DNA of 64,000 nt from positions 64,001-128,000 of the forward strand of contig CAWFQL010000016.1 in the NCBI GenBank assembly GCA_963817915.1, read 5' to 3'. This DNA comes from an uncultured candidate division Zixibacteria bacterium. Lineage in GTDB: Bacteria > Zixibacteria > MSB-5A5 > UBA10806. Each line of letters starts with the position of its first letter. Within the stretch, counting starts at the first letter, position 1. The position numbers and the translations under genes were made by a program. Shown here one piece after another: positions 55,422 through 64,000 of the stretch. The notes under the pieces are model-generated. The model had not been told where the DNA came from, searched no databases, and worked only from the letters and a program-made list of their open reading frames with translations.

Positions 55422-56780
55422 TCAAGCAATCCAAATTGTCTTGATATTTACAAATTCCTTGATTCCGTAATGCGATAGCTCCCGACCGTAACCCGATCGC
55501 TTGATACCCCCGAATGGCAATCGCGGGTCCGACTTGGTCATGCCATTGACAAAAACCGCGCCTGATTGAATCCTTCTCGCCACAGCCTCACCCTTTTTAA
55601 TATCCTTAGTCCAAACCGACCCCCCGAGCCCGAACAATGAATCATTGGCTACTGCGATCGCATCTTCAGTATCTTTTACAGGGATAATTGCTGTTACCGG
55701 TCCGAAGGTTTCCTGATCATAAGCAGGCATCACTTTTTTGACATTAGTCAGGACGGTTGGCAGATAAAATGATCCTTTACCATCTAATCTTTTCCCGCCA
55801 CAAAGCAGTTTCGCGCCCATGGCGATTGATCTTTTAACTTGTATATCGAGCTCATCCAGCAAATCCGGTCGAGCTAATGGCCCGACCTGAGTTTGCTCAT
55901 CCAACGGATCGCCAAGCTTAAGGCCGCTCATTATTTTTGTATTTCGCTCTTCGAATTCCTTGAGTACTTTTTCGACTACGATAAACCGTTTGGCGGAAAT
56001 ACAGCTCTGGCCGTTATTGATCATACGGGCTTTAACTGCAGTTTCGATACATTTGGATAAATCGGCGTCATCGAGAACGATGTATGGGTCGGAGCCTCCA
56101 AGCTCCAACAGAGTTTTCTTCAACTCATGACCTGCAATCGAGGCCACTTGCATTCCGGCTGGCTCGCTGCCCGTTAGTGTTACCGCTTTTATATAGGGAT
56201 TTCTAATTACCTTTTCTACCTGAGCAGATGAAATCATTATTGTCCGAAATAGATTTTCAGGAAATCCAGCTTGATGGAAAATATCTTCTATCGCCAAAGC
56301 GCATCCGGGGACATTCGAGGCATGCTTGAGAATCCCGGCATTGCCTGCCATCAGTGCGGGCGCCGCGAAACGAAATACCTGCCAGAACGGAAAATTCCAG
56401 GGCATGACAGCCAATACTATACCCAATGGTTCAAATGTCACGAAGCTTTTGCTGGCATCGGTCTGAATAATTTCATCGGCCAAAAATCGTTCGGCGTTGT
56501 CGGCGTAGTATTCGCATACCCAGGCGCATTTTTCGATCTCGGCTCGCGATTCGGAGATGATTTTCCCCATTTCCAATGTCATAGTTCTCGAATATTGCTC
56601 GCTATTTGCTCGAAGGATTTTGGCGGCGTTGCGCATCAATTTGCTTCGTTCGACAAATGACACCTGACTCCATTTTGAAAATTCAGCGTTAACAGAGTAT
56701 ATAATTTGCGCCGCTTCAGAATCCGAATGATCTTTATATTCACTGATTAATTGATTAGTCGCCGGATTTATGGATTTCAT
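55422..56780 (-). CDS. NAD(P)-dependent succinate-semialdehyde dehydrogenase
   Basis: MPWNFPFWQVFRFAAP, LTGSE, LELGGSDP, GQSC, ETFGP, PFGGIKRSGYGREL; RBS GGAGG. Confidence 0.92.
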   Translation of the reverse strand: MKSINPATNQLISEYKDHSDSEAAQIIYSVNAEFSKWSQVSFVERSKLMRNAAKILRANSEQYSRTMTLEMGKIISESRAEIEKCAWVCEYYADNAERFLADEIIQTDASKSFVTFEPLGIVLAVMPWNFPFWQVFRFAAPALMAGNAGILKHASNVPGCALAIEDIFHQAGFPENLFRTIMISSAQVEKVIRNPYIKAVTLTGSEPAGMQVASIAGHELKKTLLELGGSDPYIVLDDADLSKCIETAVKARMINNGQSCISAKRFIVVEKVLKEFEERNTKIMSGLKLGDPLDEQTQVGPLARPDLLDELDIQVKRSIAMGAKLLCGGKRLDGKGSFYLPTVLTNVKKVMPAYDQETFGPVTAIIPVKDTEDAIAVANDSLFGLGGSVWTKDIKKGEAVARRIQSGAVFVNGMTKSDPRLPFGGIKRSGYGRELSHYGIKEFVNIKTIWIA

Positions 56781-56883
56781 AATTTCCTCCAATATTCGTC
56801 ACGCCATCTACACATAAATATAATATACAGACAAAATCCCACAAACCATCTATAAATATAATAGTTAGAATTCGGAATTTTAA

Positions 56884-57063
56884 CCCGGTCGTAGTCCCGA
56901 CATGAAATGTCGGGGCGTGAACCGCTCCGGCAGAATAATTACCCCGATGTAATATGATGCAGAAGTATTTATACTAAATTGATACCCATTTCTGTGGTGC
57001 AGCGCGGTTCACGCCCGTCAAAGGCCAAATTGAAAATCTGGCCTTTGACGGACTACGACCGGG
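56884..57063. repeat. REPIN-like inverted doublet of GTAG-type REP units (four-way junction)
   Basis: 14-bp terminal inverted repeat CCCGGTCGTAGTCC/GGACTACGACCGGG; internal hairpins 56896-56914 and 57015-57051; GGGCGTGAACCGC pairs with GCGGTTCACGCCC. Confidence 0.7.
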
Positions 57064-57192
57064 CAAAACAACAAACATCTCGAATAAAATTTGCATCCAA
57101 ACAAAGCCCTTGCCCGTATCAATACTATGACTTAATTTGCCTTACTATGATTTATTTAGCTTGCATTGAACGCATACAGAAAAGGAAATTAT

Positions 57193-60100
57193 ATGAACAA
57201 ACATTTTGTGCTGGTTGGCCAAACACTGTTTTTTATCGCCTTTGCTTTTGCGGTTGTTATGGCCAATACATATTTTGAAAAATTGCAGCCCGGCCAGAAA
57301 ATCAGCGGATTTTCTGTAATGAATCTCTATGTCAATAGCGCCGACAAAGCGACCGGCGCTCGTTTTATTTCTGATAAGTACGGTTTTATAGTCGATCTCA
57401 TGCAGATACAGTCTGTTCCGCAGGGATTTTTCTGGATCAAGACATTACCGACTTCCGACAAAGGCGAGGCTCATACTTGCGAGCATCTGCTCTTAGGCAA
57501 GGGCAATCGTGGAAGGTATGTGGCCGCGCTCGAAGATATGGCGCTAGGCAATAGCACCGCATATACCGCTCAAGTAAAGACCTGCTACAGTTTCAATACT
57601 ATCGCCGGTGGAGAAACATTCTATAAAATCCTGCAGGCCAAGCTCGAGGCTTTCCTGCATCCCGATTTCACCGATGAGGAGATTCGTCGCGAGGTCTGTC
57701 ATATCGGGGTTAATAAGGATCAGGAAACCGGCAAATTATCACTCGAAGAAAAAGGAACTGTCTATACGGAGATGGTAAGCTCTTTCGAGAAGCCCTGGTA
57801 TTATTATTATGATGCCATGTCGCGCATGCTCTATGGAGACAATCATCCGCTGGTAAATAATTCCGGCGGAAAACCGGAAGCTCTGCGAACATTAACACCG
57901 CAAGACCTATGGAAATTCCATTCTGATTATTATCGATTATCGAATATGGGAATTATCGTCTCGATCCCCGATGATATCACAGTAGAGTCCTTCCTCGAAA
58001 AAATGGCGAAGATTCTCGATGACAGCAAAGATAAACCTGAGTCCAATAAATATGTCGGAATGAGCGAATATCCGCTTCCCGAACCGAAGTCAGCGCCATT
58101 CGGGACAGTGAATTTAGTCAAATACCCCAGCGATAACAAAGAAGACCCGGGTGAGATGCATTTCTGCTGGCCGCCGGATTTGGATCCGAGTAATCAGCAA
58201 AGCATGATGATCGACCTTTTTCTTTCGGCTTTCAGCGATGGCACTACATCGAACCTCTATGATATTTTCATAAATTCCAAAACCCGCAAGATCAATCTCG
58301 GCGGCAATAGTGTTTCCAGTTGGAATCCGAACTACCAGGGACACCCGATTTGGATAACACTTGATGGGCTCGATAATTCCAATGTTACCCAGCCGATGAT
58401 CGATACGGTCAGGACAATGATTGTCGATGAGCTCAAACGGATCTACAGCTTCGGCGACAATTCTCCTGAGCTAAAAGAATTCAATGACAGAGTAAGAAGC
58501 AGACTTATCCAGCAACGCAAGCAGATGGAGGATTATCTCAATTCACCGCCGATGTTTGGATTTCGCGGCGGCTCCGGCGGCGGATGGGCATCGAATTTAG
58601 AGACCCTGGAAAAGGATTCCAATTTCCGAAAATCATTGGTACTAAAAAATGATTTCGCATACGCGGAATCGCTTCTCGCGACAAATGCCAATATCTGGAA
58701 GAATCTGATCGACTACTGCTATTTCCTCAAAATCATTCCGTATGCAGTCGGTTCGACTCCCGACCCCGCAATGGTCACCCAGATGAAAGATTCGAAAGAG
58801 ACTCGTCTGGCGGGCTATATGAATGATTTTGAAAAGAAATATGGAACCACTGACGGCCAGAAGGCTATTGAAAAATATAAAGAGGAATTCGACAAGAAGA
58901 CAGCTGAGTTGGATAAGATTGCCGCGGGACAAAAGCTGCCAGGCTTTATAGACAATCCTCCTATGACGCTCGATGATCAAATTAAGTACGAGACGATCAA
59001 GCTCAACAACAATGTGCCGCTGGTGGCCTCGTCATTTGAAAATATGAATTCAGCGACTATTGGGATCGAACTTCGCCTTGATGTTGTCCCTGAATCGCTA
59101 CTTGTCTATTTGCCTCTACTGCCAGATATACTCACATCGATCGGGGTAGTTGAAGATGGCAAAATTATACCGTATGAAGAGATGAGGAAACGGCTCCAAA
59201 ACGAAGTGCTTAGATTGGATTCTGATTTCGATTTTGGCTATCAGACGGGGAGAATTGAACTGACTCTCTCCGGCTCCGGGAGCAATCTCGATGAATTAAA
59301 AAACGCTATTCACTGGATGAAACTCTCGCTCTATTCCCCTTATTTAAACGCTGACAATCTTCCACGGATTACTGACATAATTGATCAAACATTAATCTCA
59401 ATGCGCAATACGATGAAAGCTCCGGAAGAATACTGGGTTAATTACGCCGCCTTGGCATATAGATTCCAGTCGAATCCCTTATTCCTTTCGACCAATACAT
59501 TTTTTACAAAGGTTCATCATCTACAAAGGCTTCGTTTCATGCTGACCGATCCGGGGACGTCCGACCAGCAAAGAGAGATTTCCGCATTTATCGATTCCTT
59601 GAACTCATTTGGGAAAAATAAAAGCAGAGAAGAGCTTGCCAGTCTGCTTGATAGCATCGAAGCAAATTCGGCGGCTTCCCCGTTCAAGCCGCAAATATCG
59701 GGCTTGACGCCGGTATCACAGGACAACGCGAAATTGATTATCAAGACATTGAAATCGGACCTGGCCGACATCCCTGACGCTAATCTCAAAAGCGATTGGA
59801 TCTTATTTATGCGGAGAAATCAAGAATGATCTAATGGTCAAACCTGATATGGCATTGAATGAAATTAAGGCCGTGCTTACCATGCTTTGCAAATCCGATA
59901 ATGCCCGCATGTATATGATATCCAATTCGGATGACCGCAAGGCGTCACTAAATCTCATCAACGATTTCGCCGGCATACTTGATTCCAAGACAACCTCCGT
60001 AAAACAAAAGTATCACGACTCGAATCAAATCAAGCGCGGGCTCAAGAGCCGTGAGCCAAACGCAGACAATCCCGTGTATGTCGGTCTTATAAACGAAGGA

Positions 60101-60751
60101 ACACGCAATGGCGTCCTGATGAATTCGGCAAGCTATGCGGGAGAATATGACACCACGACCAATAGCGTATTGAATTGCCTTGCGGGAAAGCTTTTCAGTG
60201 GCGGCGGCCCGCATGGCTTATTTATGAGAACATGGGGAGCGGGGCTGGCCTATAGCAACGGAGTTTCCGTAAATGAAACTAACGGCCGTGTAGCTTATTA
60301 TGCCGAACGGTGTCCTGATGTTTCCGAGACGATGCGATTTGTTGTAAACGAATTAAAAAATGCGAAGGATGATCCTTCATTGACCGATTATACGATCGCC
60401 CTGATATTCGACCGTTCACGCGCAGCCTCTCGTTACGAAGATCGGGGACAATCAATCGCCTCAGATTTAGCCGATGGTTATACACCCGAACGAGTGTCTG
60501 CCTTCAGGACTAAGGTTCTCTCGGTTCGACACGATATGGACTTATATCAGGAATTGAAGAAACGAATGATTGATATCTATGGCAGAGTCCTGCCGGGATA
60601 TGGCAAACCATTATCGCAAAGCCCGGAAGGATGCTTCTTCTTAGTAGGCCCTGAAACTCAATTTCAATCGTATGAGAAATATATCGAGTCAGTCGAAGGG
60701 AAGCAGACAATTTACAGACTTTATCCGCGCGATTTTTGGATCACAATGTAA
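57193..60751 (+). CDS. Exported M16C/PreP-like zinc metallopeptidase; +1 frameshift near 59800
   Basis: Signal-like N-terminus; inverted zinc motif HTCEH; GTVYTEM; C-terminal WGAGLAYS; alternative frame SYLCGEIKNDLMV joins ORF 59834. Confidence 0.8.
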
Positions 60752-60772
60752 AACCGCAGAAATTAAAATACG

Positions 60773-60810
60773 AAACGGCGATCTGATAATTCAGATCGCC
60801 GTTTTCTTTT
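60773..60810. terminator. Bidirectional terminator
   Basis: AAACGGCGATCTGA-TAAT-TCAGATCGCCGTTTTCTTTT. Confidence 0.85.
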
Positions 60811-60820
60811 CAAATGAATG

Positions 60821-62933
60821 TTAGAATTTCCCGAATTCTGTGTCATCGAGCGCGATTGTCGCTGCTGCCTGAGTCTTGGCTGACGAACGAGTTTTGTTTT
60901 GCAATCCCCAATTCGCGGGTGCGCCGGTCATGGAATTGGTTTTGGACCGTGGGTCTTCCGATGGCCGATTTTTAGATTGGTTCGTTGACGAATTCACATT
61001 CTTAAGTGCGAATTTCGAAAGCATCTGCTTTGAGCTGGGCCGCCTGCCCCGACAACTCCTCGGCCGCAGAGGCGCTTTCTTCCGCGCTGGCTGTGTTGGA
61101 TTGAGTTACCTGATCGATCTGGCCTAACCCGGTATTCACCTGCTCTATACCTTGGGCTTGCTCATTGGATGCGCTGGCTATCTCGCCCACCAGGTCCGTC
61201 ACCTTGGTCACTCCGCCTACTATTTCTTCCAACGCCTTGGCAGTGGCGTTGGCGATATCGGTGCCGTTCTCGACTTTCTTTACAGAACCCTCGATTAATT
61301 CGGTGGTCTCTTTAGCTGCTTTCGCTGAACGTTGAGCCAGATTCCTGACTTCTTCCGCCACCACCGCGAATCCCTTACCATGTACTCCCGCACGGGCCGC
61401 TTCAACTGCCGCGTTCAGGGCCAGCAGATTGGTCTGGAATGCTATCTCATCAATAACCTTGATAATCTTCGATATTTGACCTGAAGACTCGTTGATCTCC
61501 TTCATTGCCGATAACATCTCTCTCATCCGCTCATTACCCTTGCCGGCATTGTCTCGTGCCGATGATGCCAATTGATTCGCCTGAGTAGCATTCTCTGCGT
61601 TCTGTTTGGTTTGCGATGTCATCTCGGTCATCGATGATGTTACTTCCTCTATTGAGCTAGCCTGCTCGGTCGCTCCTTGCGATAGCGCCTGGCTCGAATC
61701 CGATACTTGTTCTGAGCCGGAAGCTATCTGGTCCACTGACTGCGCGATTTGACCTAGCGTATCATTTAAAGATGCCAATGTGCTATTGATAGCATTTTTC
61801 ATGATTGCATGATTGCCCTTATATTCGCCGGTCATACCTCCCGAAAGATCACCCTTCGACATTTCCTCAAGGACCGCGACTGCTTCGTTCACCGGCATTA
61901 TTACAGCATCAAGAGTCTCATTTACTCCGCTGATTATTTCAGCGTAACTGCCCTTAAACTTACCGGCATCGCCGCGAGTCTGTAGCTTGCCCTCAACGGC
62001 TGCACGGGAAAGCATCCCGGATTCGGACACTAATCCGCGCAATGAATCGGTCATTTCAATGAAGGCGGGTCCCATTTGATCCCGTGCATCGGCTACTCTG
62101 TCCATTGTGTTTGCCAAAATTCCGATTTCATCCTGTCTTGAAAGATTTAATCTATTATTAGAATCGCGATGGATGGCATCGGAATTTATCGATAGATCGC
62201 CGTGTGCTATCTTGGTCATAGTTGAAGTCATATTTGTTTGTAAATCCTCTGCTAATTCATGCATTTTGTCCACGACTTTTGATAATGGCATTGTAATTGA
62301 TTTCGTAAGCCAGATTCCAAGTCCGAGCGCAACCAAAACTCCAATACCGATGACGATTAATGAAATATAGGTAGCTCGTGCCGCACCGGCTTTATTGCTG
62401 GAAGCTGTCGCGCTTGCCTCATTGATTTTCAATTCCACCATCTTATCAATCGCGTCATTGCAAATTACTGTGGTCGCCTGAGAAGCCCCATCCAATAACG
62501 CCCAGGCCTCGGCGTCTCTGTTCTGCAATTTTAGATTTTTCAATGTAATTAGCTGACCGTCAAATTCCTTCTTCGCCGCTGCAAATACATCATACGCCTT
62601 TTTCAAATCCTCACTGTTTATTCTTTTTTCAAAATCCGCAATCGCCTTCAGCGCGGGGCAGTTCAGCCATTCGATTCTCGCGGCCTTCTTCTTGACGACC
62701 TCCGGATCGTTGGCTCGAAGAATATCGCGGATATTGACTCGAACTCGATTGAACCATGTGCCTATTTCAACCAGGTCTGATATCGGTACGGTCACATCGT
62801 CATACATCTTCGTATCATTGGCCGCTATCTTATTCATTTCCCCGATTCCCAAAGCACCTATGGTTACGACTATAAGCGCAACTAATATAAAGCCGCCAAT
62901 AAGCTTTGGGCCCAGTTTGAGTCTATTTAACAT
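60821..62933 (-). CDS. Methyl-accepting chemotaxis protein (four-helix-bundle sensor); +1 frameshift near 61030
   Basis: 2 TMs, HAMPs, signalling hairpin; true tail LKQMLSKF...[11 protein letters not shown] lies in ORF 60821-61024. Confidence 0.92.
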
Positions 62934-63480
62934 TGCTTCCTCCAGGGATTGATGTGATGTTTATTAGAAAAGACTATCCAAATGCTCGCACGTTAGTAAA
63001 AGGCAAGTCCCTCCAATATTCCTCGAATGCAAATCAGCCCCCCGGCCATAAAAGAGGATTACCTGAGAAAGTCTCGATCAATATTATCTGGCTCTTTTCG
63101 CACCTCTCATTTGTATTGTTTTTCAAATTTACTTAGAATCAAACTGCTTTATGATAATAATTTCTGTTAGCGTTATTGTGATATTATTCACAATCTGCTA
63201 TTTTTCAATCCAGTCATAGAATCGACAGATTATAGTCAATAATAATTTTCTTATAATAGCATTAGCTAAAAGCGCTATAAAGTGAAACAGCCTTAAAAAT
63301 TATTGGCGCATAATTAAGGAGAAAAGACAAACAGAGATTACCTACGTGCTAATTCACGCGAAATTCCCCCAATTTCACCTGTTTTATTTATTTTAAAAAA
63401 TATCTCGCACAATTTAATTCAAATTCCAGCAAACCTTCCGATAAAAAGAATAAAGGCGGTACTGTCTTTAAAACAAAACT

Positions 63481-64000
63481 ATGGCTAAGATAGATCAGCT
63501 CCTAAAAATCGTTAAGGATGCCAGCGCTTCCGATTTGCATCTAATGGTCGGCAGTGTTCCTGTAATCAGGAAAAATGGCGAATTGGAAAAAACCCATACC
63601 AAAACACTCACAAGCGATTCTATCAAGCAGCTTATATACGAAATCCTTTCAGATAATCAGATACGCAATTTTGAGAGATGCGGCGATCTGGATTTCGCTT
63701 ACGGGATCGATGCTTTAGCGCGATTCAGGGTCAATATATACCAGACATATTCTGGAATTGGGGCCGCCATTCGTTTGATTCCAGATCAGCTTTATGACCT
63801 ATCCACGCTTGGATTCAGCGAGGCAGTTACTAAACTGGCTGAATATAAATCCGGTATCGTACTAATCACCGGACCTACCAATTCAGGCAAAACCACCACC
63901 CTTGCTTCAATGGTCGATCATATCAATACTAAATTCTCGAAACATATTATTACATTGGAAGACCCTATCGAATATGTGCATGTAAACAAAAATTCTCTTA
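63481..64000 (+). CDS. pilT: Type IV pilus retraction ATPase PilT/PilU, partial; absent from ORF track
   Basis: MAKIDQLL...ASDLHL...RFRVNIY...GPTNSGKTTTLASMVDHIN...HIITLEDPIEYVH; open to window end. Confidence 0.9.
   Translation, partial: MAKIDQLLKIVKDASASDLHLMVGSVPVIRKNGELEKTHTKTLTSDSIKQLIYEILSDNQIRNFERCGDLDFAYGIDALARFRVNIYQTYSGIGAAIRLIPDQLYDLSTLGFSEAVTKLAEYKSGIVLITGPTNSGKTTTLASMVDHINTKFSKHIITLEDPIEYVHVNKNSL

Noticed and set aside
56884..57063. tRNA or CRISPR repeat
   Set aside because: Arms far too long for tRNA, no T-loop or CCA; repeats are inverted, not a direct repeat-spacer array
59820..59840. Selenocysteine or stop readthrough joining split ORFs (TGA at 59827, 44969)
   Set aside because: Downstream parts are in different frames, so the breaks are indels, not in-frame stops
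62990..63110. Riboswitch (c-di-GMP, glycine or lysine-like words) upstream of the second MCP
   Set aside because: Only isolated words (AGAGGTGCG, CTCAGGT; GGCAA...GCAAA on the wrong strand); I could not build the required stems. An Rfam scan would settle it.

Overview
AT-leaning bacterial chromosomal window from a diderm, probably FCB-affiliated organism. Three proteins carry the YPNPFN...GxYF/L...K..LLK C-terminal sorting domain, and the overall style suggests a Zixibacteria/KSB1/Calditrichota-like lineage (inference only). I saw no rRNA, tRNA, CRISPR array or transposase. Two modules stand out. (1) 19.1-36.4 kb: a tightly coupled minus-strand operon encoding a giant (~3,860 aa when rejoined) exported protein, an FN3-repeat protein, a TPR protein and an outer-membrane beta-barrel. 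The giant protein has a TANFOR-like N-terminus, two ~725-aa tandem beta-rich repeats, a helical segment and FN3-like repeats; the operon may be an undescribed surface or secretion apparatus. (2) 7.9-19 kb: a redox cluster with a Cyc2-like cytochrome-porin, a periplasmic cytochrome c, an octaheme-4Fe4S-NrfD quinone module lacking a catalytic subunit, and a heme-c-sensing chemoreceptor, suggesting an outer-surface-to-quinone electron conduit. The rest includes RsgA and DRG-type GTPases, a MacAB-type ABC exporter, an OPT transporter, a divergent GlpX, a divergent AbfD-family protein next to succinate-semialdehyde dehydrogenase, an exported M16 peptidase, a second MCP, PilT and a REPIN-like four-way-junction element. 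Eight genes are broken by 1-2 nt indels, most likely long-read consensus errors; I rejoined them below.
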